Source: Phoronis australis (lineage: Eukaryota > Animalia > Phoronida). Taken from it: a DNA stretch of 64,000 nt. Every line of letters begins with the position of its first letter. The stretch's first letter is position 1. Location: contig NMRA01000919.1 of the NCBI GenBank assembly GCA_002633005.1, positions 35,374-99,373 of the forward strand, written 5' to 3'. Under the pieces are notes generated by a model that did not search any database, was not told where the DNA came from, and saw only the letters and a list, made by a program, of their open reading frames with translations. The position numbers were made by a program, and so were the translations under genes. Positions 52,590 through 64,000 of the stretch are shown piece by piece.

Positions 52590-52680
52590 CTGTCCAGCAA
52601 TCACAGTCTTTCCACCACTTGGACTCACATAACATTCACCATCTAGTAAGTTACGTGTCAAATTTTTAAAGAATTCTAAC
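52590..52680 (-). CDS. SRR: Racemase-family gene, exon 3 (specificity loop)
   Basis: ttgcag|(K)LEFFKNLTRNLLDGECYVSPSGGKTVIAGQ|gtaaga. Confidence 0.85.
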
Positions 52681-53128
52681 CTGCAAGAAAAAACTTCGAG
52701 GAATAAGTCACTTCAAACAAAAATATTATAGTTATACTTGAGGATATAATCTAGTCACACAGGAAAATAAGAAGATGGCCCCCTACATAGCCATAACTTG
52801 AAAAAACTGGAACTACTGGCCTATTACGTGAAACAAAGATACTATAGTGAATGCAGTTGTTTGCAGTTTCCTCCTTGCGGAATTTGATTTTATTGTTTTA
52901 ATATGTTCTATTCCATTATCCAGTTTGCATAAAAAGTCAATTTAAAAGTCAAATTTCATGAAAATGTGCAAATTTGGTTTTTTCAAGTAGAGTCTACTAA
53001 ATTGTTCATTCCAAACAATTATTTATATTTGAAAGTGCAGTAGTGTCACGCACTATTTTCCGCTCACAGACCATAAATCAACTTATCTATCCATTTTTCC
53101 AGTACATTAAATGACTGCAACGTCTTAC

Positions 53129-53352
53129 TTTGCAGCTGCGTTCGAAAATGTCTTTTCCTCGCACACGACAACTTCGGCGCCATGGCTTTTGAGAAATGCA
53201 ATCTTACACTCTGATGAACCAGGCGGCACGTAGACTGTTAGCGGTACATTAAAGTGACTGCACGTAGTGGCTAAGGCAAGGCCGTGGTTACCGCAGCTAA
53301 TCGTCACTACACGTCGTAACCCGCCAGCCAGAGAATCGTTGAGATATGCCAC
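53129..53352 (-). CDS. SRR: Racemase-family gene, exon 2
   Basis: caacag|VAYLNDSLAGGLRRVVTISCGNHGLALATTCSHFNVPLTVYVPPGSSECKIAFLKSHGAEVVVCEEKTFSNAAA-AA|gtaaga. Confidence 0.9.
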
Positions 53353-53469
53353 CTGTTGACACAATTCTTGATATGTTAAGTTTCTTTGAATTCTCCACAC
53401 TTTAAGATAATTTGGAGTATTACTAAAATATCATTTTGCACTATTTAGCTGGCTGAGAAACAGAAACGG

Positions 53470-56230
53470 AATGGGACTATTCGACAATCTTTACGTTACT
53501 AGAGGGCGCGCGTGTACATGTACATGTACCAGTGGTGATAGATTAAACAGCCTCGATTTCGTGAGTCCTTTAATACATCATGGTGAAATGGCTTGCAGCG
53601 GTGCCAACTGAATCTGAGACTGCGTGAAAAGGATACTTCTACGAGGGGAAGTAAGCATGACCTTATAGAAAGATAAGCCGGATTTGTGAATATTTTGACG
53701 GTCATTCCAAGTTTACAATACTGACGCTTGTTAATTTAAGTACTGGCCGAAGACGACTTTGCGGCAGTCGCCACTCTGGTTAATCATTGTTTGTTTGTGA
53801 TGTGTGTTATCATACTTGACGTAGCACTCGGGATCTTTTCGTACATCAAAGCAGTTTATTAATGTTTGAAATGATTTCTAATAGGTTTATCAGTGACAGT
53901 TACCTTGATGTAACTGTCACTGAAAAACGTGTTTGAAGTTCTCTCAAATACATATATTTTGCCAGTCAACTGATGCTTTTAAAGATTCTGAATTGTTATG
54001 GCTAGGAATGGAAAATATAGACGCAGTTTCTTACAATTCTCATTATATACACCCATGGTTTCTGGAAATAGTTATTATTTAATGTTGTGTGAAATTGTAG
54101 AGCAGTTACCATATCATATTTTTGAAAAACAGGTGCAATATTGTTGACCCAACCTTGAGTACTTACTGATTCATATTTTAATATTTGTTCCAGACAAGTT
54201 TTATTACTCCTTTCTTTTCCCACAGCATGTCCACATATCAGCAGTGTTGCATGGCACACTGTACAAGCCAGTGGCCCTGAAGAAATGTGAATCGCAGCAC
54301 TAAGTTACCATAAGAAAATGTGCCAGTAAATTGATTGTGTGTGAAGAGGAACTATATCTGACTGCTACATCAGCTAGCCTCGTTGGTGAAAATGTCCTTT
54401 CATAGGTAGTAAGTCATGCTTGAGTGGACTATACATGTAGCTTGTTTCCTTTCCTGGAAGAAACACGAGGGACTGAAGCTAAAGAAGACGTACTAACACA
54501 GTGATCTAGTTCAGGGTCAGATTTTGGGCACAAAGCGAGTCAAGTGATAGGCTGTTGTGTTTACCCTCAAAGATCTAATTGCGATGATATTTAGGGTGGA
54601 TGAGGTGACATGAAGGAAATTAAGGAAAGTCACGTGCTGAAACTGAACCTTTTTACAAGCGCTTCTATAGGACATTGAAACTGGATCAAAGTGAAACGAA
54701 AACCAAAAACATCGGGTACAAATACATGTACCTGTTCTTTCTCACTGAGTGACATTAACTTTTTCTTTGAGAAAAAATGCTTCATACTAATGGTAAAAAC
54801 TTTTCAATTTGGCACATACTATGGGGAAATGACATTCAGAGACAGCATCGATTGTTTTATTGTCAATAAAAATCCCGTAAATGATACACTTCATAATCGA
54901 GTAAATTTTTCATCAACAGGCAACTTTGCCACTGAGTATTCAAACCACAACATTTCTTCAGTTTTAAAGCCCCATACAGTGCAGTTGTGCTGCTTATTAT
55001 AAAGCTGAAATGATTACCGATTACGTTTGCGAATTGTCATTTTCCTGTTGACGTACAGAAATGTCCGGTGATCAAAACGAAGTTTTCCCTTTGTTTGCAT
55101 TTGATTTGTGTATGTGTGTAACTATCTTATGAATCCCTTTGAACAGTTTTTAGTTTTGTCTTAACTTGCCTATAACAAAAGTTCCACATGCAAGCAAAGT
55201 ATATTATCAATCGTAATTAGCTGGATAAGAATATGCTATGCACAAGATTCGAGAATAAACAATAATAAGTGTATTTTTAAAAAACCAAATGACAAAATGA
55301 ACAACCACACACATACAAAGGAACAACATTGTTAAAAACAATTGTAATTTCCCAATGCAACAGAGTCCATAATTAGGGATACCAAAGGCTGACTTATGGA
55401 ATTGAGAAGTTCAATTCTCTCAGGTTATTGCTGAAGGAATTTTCATTTTGTCGAAAAGTAAAATAGACGGCAAGGCAGTTCTCCGGAAATTATGTATACT
55501 ACGGCTCAGGAATAAGCTTTTTTGCATGTCCGATTATCGTCTCACAAAGCAAGTACTGGGACATCAGATGTAGAAAGGACAATTAATAAAAATGTAGTTT
55601 TCATATTTTACTAAGGTTGATCTGATTGAAACATTTAATGAATGATTAGGCTGTGATTTGGAGAGAGCCAAAGTGAAATTGGTGGATCTTTCAGATTCTG
55701 AATGGGGGGCTGAAATTTTGATAAACACAAGCTATCCGTATCATTTTGCTTCTCGATGATAAACACCTCTGTGAGTAAATTAGTGTTCAGCTTTATTTAT
55801 AACGCGTTTCTTTGGTGAAAAGAGCTGTTGTTTACTAGTGAATTAATAGAGAGCGAGAAGGTTGATCAGATTTTCTTGTTGTATTGGTGTATGTGTTGCC
55901 TATTTTGTACGTTTTTGGAGATTGTGATTACATTAATTTAAGCCCCAGTTGTGGCTAGGTAACAGATATGATCTTGTGGTTTGAATTTAAGTTACCTGAA
56001 ATATTTATTGTTAATGATAATAGGAACAGTGGGTAAATAAAATTAAATTATGGTCTTATCACCCAAGTCTATTTAATTCAGTTTTGTATGAAGTTGTGTG
56101 AGTAGTGAATATTTTGATTGCTGTTTAGTACCTCTCAAATTTTTTGTCATGACATTTTGAACTTTTTTTGACTAGTTATAAGTGATGACATGCTGAATAT
56201 TACTACGTTGTTTAAGTTGTGAGCTATTCA
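53470..56230 (+). mobile_element. Composite degenerate DNA-transposon-like element in racemase intron 1
   Basis: 53470-54890 is homologous to 39642-41990. 55478-56230 is homologous to ~19575-20328, immediately downstream of the THAP relic. Confidence 0.7.
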
Positions 56231-58828
56231 CACAGTAATTTTATTGTACTCCGAACGTCATTAAAGTATGAATTTATTAGTGTTTACATGGTTCGGACTG
56301 CGCCGCTAAATTAGTGTTGCGTATTCGCCGCTTGGGGTGCTAGTTTTTGACCGATAATCATTGCGACAAACGGCAAGATGGCTGAGTGAACTCTCCTACA
56401 CTTTACACTACTTGGTTTTATTCTCCCGTCTGCTAAATTCTGCCAAATGAGAAGTAGGTCACAACTGATGGGATTCCCCGAGTAAAGTAGAGGCATCTGC
56501 ATACAGTAAGCAGCACAAGTTACAACCCTCCAATATCGATATCCTTTTCCCACTAGTTTAAGGTTACCACCAACCTTATTTAGTGGCCTCTATTCTAACT
56601 CGTATATCAAAAAACTAAGCTTTGTCAACTAGTAAAAGTATATATTTTCTGAAAGAAAAAAGATTTAGGAAATATGAAAATACTTTTTGTCTTAATGTAC
56701 CGTTATTATTTTTAGGTCAAAACCTTTCTTTAAAAATAAAATTTTGACTTAAAAGTCAAAATTTTATTTTTAAGAAAGGTACATTCAAAGCAAAATAACC
56801 GCTCGGTCGATCTTAATGAATTTTTTTCTAATGAAAACTTCACCAGTTACCTCAAAAACTGTGTTAGGAATTAGCGATTTGTCTTTTCGTTTGGTTTCTA
56901 TGACAAATCAACTCGCAAAACGTGGGGTATCTTTGTAAAAAACGGAAGTCGAATTCGTCTTTGTAACATTAGGCAAAAAATAGGCCTTTATAGCGCAAAT
57001 CCAAACAGCGATTTTGAGACTGATGACTAAATATTAAATTTGGAAAGTTTCAGCGAAATCCACGGAGCCGTTTTCGAGAACTCGTGTTCCTACTTTCAAA
57101 TAAAGTCGATTTGCAGAAGCCGAGAAAAAGCCGATTAAACTGGGACAAGTGAAAATTTCAAAGTCTCCGGTTAATTATTCGTGAAAACTTGTTTTCGGTA
57201 CACATGACCGATACAAGCCTTAAATACGTTCGCTAATTCAACAGTCACTGGCAATGTCAACTGATTTTGCAGTTTTTCGCATATCAACTGTGCTGTTAAC
57301 CCATGTCGATACCAAACTGTTTGATTCGTGAATTGTGTTTTACTGTACATCGGTTCTTGAAGGCGAGTGTGAGTGAAACTTTTAGAAAAGGATGGCAAAT
57401 GTTACATGTGGACAGATGGTGAATTTTCATCCATTGTCTTTTGAGAATAATTCACTCACGCTTTCTACTTTCAGTCCTTCTGTGTTACAAACTAGCATTT
57501 CCGAACATGGATATAATGCAGATGCTCCAGTTAATAGAACCAAGAAGGACCTGGTGGGAATGTTGCTTCAAATTAACAGAGAAAAGACCAAATTTTACAT
57601 CCCTGAAGAGTATCACGTGCTGCTTGCTGGTCACAATATCTGTAAATATTATTTGTGCACTTTTGCACTTCTCTGTCATTTATTGTTGTGTTATCATTCA
57701 GAAACCAGGAAACGGAATAAAACAAATTGTATATGAGTACTGTGCTTCATATTCCAGATTACTCGTCTTCCCATCTCAAACACCCATCCACAAAATGAGA
57801 GTCAAAATTGTAAAAAAAACTTTCTCCAGTGCCAAGCGTGCTTTCTGACTTACACAGTTCTGTTTTACTAATGAGGGTAGCCTGAGCAAATGCCTCCAGT
57901 CCAATCATAGGAAGCGAAGATTTATGTATTGTTATAAAGAAGGAGTGAATTGTATTCTCAAAAATCTCCAAGAATTCGGCAACCATCTCAAAAAGCATTC
58001 TATCACATCTTCTACATTTGAGGATAAAGATGCTTGTTTGTCTCCTATGCCTTACTTTCCAATTAAAAAACTACTAGACTTGTAGAATTCCAAGAAAGCT
58101 GGTTTGGCAAAAATTGCAAAGCATGAGCTTTCCGCTAAACCGTCAAAGCATAAGCAAATAATAACTACTACTTGATGCAGAATATGTTAATGATTCTCAA
58201 TGTTTGATTCACTTTTAATATACATTATGTAAAATATGCGTTGCCCAGTATTATGTGGCTCAAATGCATCTTCCGTTTCTGATCATAGCCTTTAACTTAC
58301 TATTGTAGGTGTCCGTTTTGTACTTTTATAAAGTTCTATCATAACAGCTAACAGTTTTGATTAAAAGATACATAAAATTCTGGCTTCAATCTATCAGGCT
58401 TCAAACTCCAACATGGCAGCACATCTAGAGTTGCCGATTCAAATGACTCAAGAACTATATAATGAACATGGTGATGTTTTAAACTCCAAAGGACTTGGGT
58501 TAAGAATTCAGGGTTTACTACTAAACATTAGCAAAATGAATCACCTGCAAACTACAAATCCTATGTTGTTTTCTCTGATGGTAAATACAATATTTCTTCT
58601 TACGCTAAGTTTTATGGTGTTCAGAATGTTGAAATTAGCCTACATGTACATTCTATTTTTGACATTAGGCTTCATTGCACACCATTTAGCTGTAAGAAAT
58701 GAAATAATACCTCGCTTTACGCTTATAAAATGTTCTTATAGCTTTTACCTTGATAGGATTACATTTCCATTTACCAAGAAGAACTACCTCTTGACTTAAG
58801 AAACACCTTCAAAATTCATGGGAATTAG

Positions 58829-59142
58829 CATAGGCGGATTTAGGGAGCCTCCCGTTAGCTGCCGCAAGCAAATGAAAGAACAACAGTGCGGAGCGTGAGG
58901 AAATATTGAGTATAGGAAGTAGGACCGGTAGCGGTGAACGTCCAAGTTGCCGCGGAGTGGCTGCTCCTTTTTTTTAGTCGATAGTCGAATGGTAGATTTT
59001 CCTGAACGGAAGGTGTACCTCCGTGGGCTGGCTCCCTCACCTTTTGGGCCGCTTATGGACATGCAATTGCCAATCACAACTTGCACAATTTCCCGAGGCA
59101 ACATGTTGGGCACCCCTTTATGGTATCCTAGATCCGCCACTG
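58829..59142. mobile_element. hAT-like MITE with 5-bp TSD (attag)
   Basis: attag|CATAGGCGGATTTAGG...CCTAGATCCGCCACTG|attag. Confidence 0.82.
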
Positions 59143-60360
59143 ATTAGTACGGCCAGTTCCTCACATTTGCAAATTGGTTTGTGTTCGCATCAGTGCATGT
59201 TATTGGGGAATTGACAAATTTAAAATCTGATTAGATGAACATGTGTTCAAATGCAAGTATTGGCAACCATGCGGCGTCAAATAAACATAACATCGGCTTT
59301 GTGACCGACTGTGTAAGACTGATGAATAGATAAAGTGTGCATTTTACAAGCCAATTACTTATGTCGAAAGTTATATTAGGCAAAATGCGAGGTATATCAT
59401 AAGCACAAAGGCCAAATACTTGGAGTATTTTTGTTTACACCTTTACAAATTATCAAAGAATACAACTGCAGTGTAATTTGAAAACAAGAACAAAACCGAC
59501 CTCCGCAAGTGTTTACTTCCTACTGTATATAAAATACTCATCCACTTGTGAAGACTCGGGTCATTCTATTAACGCGCATGTCATCAAAACGCTATCTGGT
59601 CGCTAGATGTCGCGAGAGTAAAAAAGGTAATTTTGCGACTGGGTCGCGTTTGCCGCTGATTCCCTGCGTGCTTAGCCCAGCCAGCACGTGCTGGCGCGGC
59701 TACCGCCCCACCTAGCGGCACGCAGAGAACCAGCGAGAGCCTGTACACGTCAAGCGCTGGGAGACTGGTACGAAACCAAGTAAGGAATGGATAACAAAAA
59801 TCGAATCGGTGGTTAAAGCATGTCGTTAGCATGAGATTGAAACATTGAAATGTCAATTTATTAATTAAATGCAGGAATTAGGGTGAGGATTTATCTCTTT
59901 TAACAATTTGCTGTGTTCATGACCACAGAGGCCTGAGGCGACCGTAGCAGTCGTTCTCAACGCCAACGTTCGTATGCATGTCGACGCACAACTCCCTTAG
60001 GATCAAAACCACGTTTTGTCTTTGTTTTCCCCGGCACCATTCTACCATAAGTACACCTCGTTGACTCAATGCTATGACGATTTTGTGAATGAAAGGACTG
60101 ATGGTATACGAAGCTGTTCTGTACCTGGCGGGAGATTCGATTTGATTGAAATCCCTTTAACCTTTGAGCCCGTATAAGTAGTAATCAAATATCCTGAGCG
60201 GTTTTGCGGTTCCAAGGTGGTTCTGTTAAATCTTTTTTCTCGCTACGCAGTATATATTTTGTATTTGAAGTTCCCCGAGAATGAAGATAAGGAATTTTCG
60301 TAGACACGTGAAATATTGTAAAAATTAATGGCCATTTTGTGAATAAGGTTTGAGATAACT

Positions 60361-60720
60361 TTAAATAACTAAGTAATTTATAAGTATAAAAAACAAGGTG
60401 TGCGACAGAGGATCCCCATGCCGGACATCTGGATTAACATCAAACCAAGCAGTATAGTCGCCGCCTGTTAGTTGAATGCACGCTTCTCTATGCCTACACA
60501 AAGCCTTGACAGTACAATAAAATTTTCCAACAATTCCCACATGAATCAACTTATGAAACAGCGTTTTTCTATTTTAAACGTCAAAGTACGCTTTTTGCCG
60601 TGATACCCGCAAAGATGGCATATATGAGTACTGTTTTTATTTAAATAACTTTGAATAACTGAAGTTGTCATCGTCAGAACAGGATCTATCTCGTCGGAAG
60701 TCATTTTTTCTTCATCTAAT
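60361..60720 (-). mobile_element. Short degenerate LINE RT fragment
   Basis: GIVGKFYCTVKALC...WFDVNPDVRHGDPLSHTLFFILINYL, resembling GVRQGDPLSPTLF. Confidence 0.6.
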
Positions 60721-61428
60721 GTATTATTGATATTCAATAGCCCTTATAAGTTGTTCTGAGTAAATGGAAACCGGAAATTTTCTCATGTACACGGTCATCC
60801 ACATGTTCAGTGTTATGTTTTTGTGCGAATGAAGGTACCCTTCAGGCAATTAGAAATTGTCAAAATTCTGGTTGGCAATGGCATAATTTAACCTAAATGT
60901 CTGGAATCTAGTATGTATGGTAACTGTATTCTTGTTTCCTCTCTTGCACTGGAGCTGTTGGGAATTTATGACTTTAGGTATAAACGGCCAAAATCGCAAT
61001 ATTATAGTCGTTTGATGGCACATGAATTTCTTTTCCACCAAAGCAAAAAGACATGATCTTTTTCATATTTCTTCACTTTGAGAGAACCAATATCAAGTGT
61101 GCTTTCTGTCAGTTGTGACTTTTTTCATCTCCTTCAGGCAGGGTACAAACAAGGACTTTCACTGACCTAGAGAAGTGATTACGTCACTTGAACAGGGATC
61201 ATTGTCCTATGTCGTGGAAATCGACGAAATGTGGTACGTTTGCTCTAAAATAGTGTGGCAAAGAGGCAATTTACTGGAACATAACGCTAAATCGTCGTGA
61301 GAGACCTCCGTAGTTGGTACATGGTGCAACTCCGGACGGTCTGGGGAAAACCACAATTCAACTGCAACTCTACACCAATTCAATGTGATAAACGAGAGTA
61401 GTTATACTTGCTGCGTCGGCTGCAGGTA

Positions 61429-61923
61429 CAGTACAGCCACTGAATTATTAGACTCTCTCCGGTGTCTCTCCGGTCTAGCCACCCGTGACCGTAACCGGAG
61501 ACAGACCGGGGAGTGAGGCGTGAATCAACCGTGACAGCTGGCGTTAGCCTAAGCGTGACAGTACCCGGAGCTTACCGTGAGCCAGGCGTGAGTTTACCTG
61601 CATCGCAGATGAAAAAGTAATTTATTAAAATTACATCAGTAACTAGCAGCGATGTGTGTATTCTCATAGACTTTTGCTCATGTTTACCACAGCTACAGAA
61701 CTCGTGAAGAAAGCGTGAGGTAAGCGTGACGGATGCGCGAAAAAAGCGTGAACGAGGCGTGAGGAAGGCGATAACTAAACCGGAGGTAAGCGTGAGGACT
61801 ACCCGGAGAGTAGGAGTGAGGCGGCAGTGACTGATTTCTGTCACGCCTGCGTTCCGGTTGCGCTCCGGTCTGGCCAGGCGTGAGGTAGCCCGGACGAAGT
61901 CTAAAAATTCAGTGGCTGTACTG
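61429..61923. mobile_element. Tc1/mariner-type MITE (TA-flanked, 25-bp TIRs)
   Basis: ta|cagtacagccactgaattattagac ... gtctaaaaattcagtggctgtactg|ta; interior rich in gcgtga and ccggag subrepeats. Confidence 0.8.
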
Positions 61924-62971
61924 TATGCTTATCTCGTTTATGACACACAATGTGTGACTGGGCAAAGCGTTTTCAAAATAATGTGGATTAATCACTGGAG
62001 TGTGAGACCCCTGAGGTCCCTGTCAAGTCCTCACGACAATTCTACGTTATGAAGTTATGTAAAAGAAACGAAGCAGAAATTGTTGGTTGGCATTGCTTTG
62101 GCTACTATTGGCTTACAGAGTCAAATGGATGGTAGTACCAAGACCCACGCTACGAGTGATCCTAGGCGCGGAAGAAATGTGCAAGTCCCTCATTATCTAT
62201 TATATCTATTATATAAAATGCATCGTTTGCACAAACTTCGTCTCCCCTACTCCACTACAGACCTTCGTTGCGCCCGTTTTGGAACCGCTTTAGTCCCAGA
62301 TATTGCACCGGCCCCCTATTTGGATTCGACCGGAGGTGTTCTAATTTTTGTCACGGGCCGTTTTTCGCGGACGCGGAGGGAGGGTGGTCAGTTTCGTACT
62401 AGACTTGGTGATGTCAGTCCGTCGGCTAAACGGCGTGTGTGTGACGTCACTTCGTCGACTGCATTTCACCCCCTCCGCGCATATAATTCATCGGCCTGTC
62501 GCCGCCAAAATTGATGATGCCTCACTATAAATGCCTACTCTTCCTTAAGTAAACTAAATATATACCCGGTGTCGGAAAATTGACGTTCTTCAATTATTCT
62601 GATGCTAAAATTGCGATACGCTCTGGGCGCCTTTGAGTCACCTACATGTATTAGCCAATTTCCATGTTCTTCAATCAACTGTGAGTTTGTGTACATGTCA
62701 TAACAATTGGAACTGGTTTCAATTCGTTACAAGTTTTTATTATCTTAATGCCAGAGACCCCAATTTCAGAACAAACTCTCGAGAGATATCGCAAAATTTT
62801 AGGGAAATGGCGTGTACGTGCGAAAACACGGCCGGTAACGGCTAGTTCTATTTTATTTGACGTCACCATGAAAAATGTTTCAGAAAATGTTGCTGAGAAT
62901 TTTTCTCTAATGTCGCCTGAATGTTTGCGTTAGCGCAGCAAAAACCTAAATATATGTACACGTATACATAC

Positions 62972-63184
62972 CGAGTTGAAAGCTCCTCTAAATTTAAAAG
63001 ACCCCGTCTTCTGAAGATTTTCTGCTTTAAAATAAATTTGTCTTCCGGTAAGTTGGTCTATTTCCGAGTTTGTAAACACTGGTGTCTTCAGCACGTGGCC
63101 GTCAAGCCTCTTTCTTGCCTGTACAATGTCTTCAAAGGAAGGCACTTCGTTAAAACTTGGTGTGAACATCCCAGGCGACGGCAT
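62972..63184 (-). CDS. SRR: Serine/aspartate racemase-family (fold-type II PLP) gene, coding exon 1. CDS join 63184-62972, 53352-53129, 52680-52590, 51945-51819, 51158-51108, 48106-47964, 46779-46729, 42911-42756; 351 aa
   Basis: MPSPGMFTPSFNEVPSFEDIVQARKRLDGHVLKTPVFTNSEIDQLTGRQIYFKAENLQKTGSFKFRGAFNS|gtatgt; PLP lysine motif GSFK.RG (codon 62993-62995). All eight exons join in frame with GT-AG. The start Met is uncertain because there are other in-frame ATGs. Confidence 0.9.
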
Positions 63185-64000
63185 TGTAAAAAGCAAAGTG
63201 AAAGGAGACCTGTTATGTTCATATACTTGTAGGCTGTCATTGCCCATGGTTCGCGTGCACCAAACTGGTATGCGCGAAACTGCCAATGCAGGGTATGGAA
63301 ACGATTCTATGTCGGACCGTACATCTAAATTCTAGCTTTTGATCCCTTAAAACCCAGCCCGGGACCGGCAACATCAAATACGCACTGACTCAACTACACA
63401 CTAAAAATAACCCTAACCGGTTGCCAAGTCCCATACCCGAAATACGGGTGAGGGGAGGAATTAATTTGGTTCTCTCCGCGGATTTCAGTTAACGTTTAAA
63501 GTGGGGTATTTTTGGTGCGTGTGGTGAGATTAGGGTGCACTGGTTTGTAATTAGTGTCGAAAGTTTTGTGTTTGCTGGAATTCTAAATAAGGCACTGGCA
63601 ACTGGATTCGTTTCCACTTACTGCAACAAACAAATTACGGACGATAAATAATGAATGTTGCACATTACAATAAATGTTCTCAGAAGCACTAGCCATGGCG
63701 GTGTTAAAGTATGAAGCATCATAAACAGCAATGCAGGTGACCGCATGTAGACCCATCACCCATCAGCATGCTGGTCTTCGTTGCCTTTACAGGTTAATGG
63801 AAGTCCATTGTATACGACCGCTTTGACAGTGAGCCCTAAATGACAAAACATATTTGACCGTGTCTTATGATTTTATGTACATGTAAGTAGTTTAATTGAC
63901 ATAATTATACAGTTTCGACGTTGAGTCTTAAGTATCAGTCCACGGATCCACCGACCACAGTACAGCCAACAAGCGGCAAGGTGGGGGGTCAACCATTCAG

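Noticed and set aside
62930-63286. Full 118-aa ORF taken as the racemase N-terminus
   Set aside because: The ORF-track start is non-ATG and its tail runs past the gtatgt donor at 62971; only 63184-62972 is supported by family similarity.

Overview
This is eukaryotic, repeat-rich, AT-rich genomic DNA, most likely from a marine invertebrate. It has GT-AG spliced genes, one ~209-nt N gap and a few single-N joins. I reconstructed four protein-coding genes by hand. (1) A 3-exon gamma-glutamylcyclotransferase (GGCT-like) gene on the + strand, CDS 25342-28747, 190 aa. (2) An intronless PDZ + C-terminal tail-anchor gene (SYNJ2BP/OMP25-like) on the - strand, 33712-34278, 188 aa. (3) A second GGCT paralog on the - strand, CDS 38463-35551, 165 aa, with the same intron positions and phases, converging on the first. 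(4) An 8-exon PLP-dependent serine/aspartate racemase-family gene on the - strand, CDS 63184-42756, 351 aa. Its active site is unusual: Cys replaces the re-face Ser84 (SCGNH) and the specificity loop reads S-P-S instead of H-P-N. The rest is mostly transposon debris: RTE and CR1-group LINEs, a Kolobok/Mutator-like DDE element with TIRs, a THAP-domain relic, a MITE family with 5-bp TSDs, other MITEs, minisatellites and a perfect 59-bp palindrome. All family assignments come from motif recognition; no database search was run.
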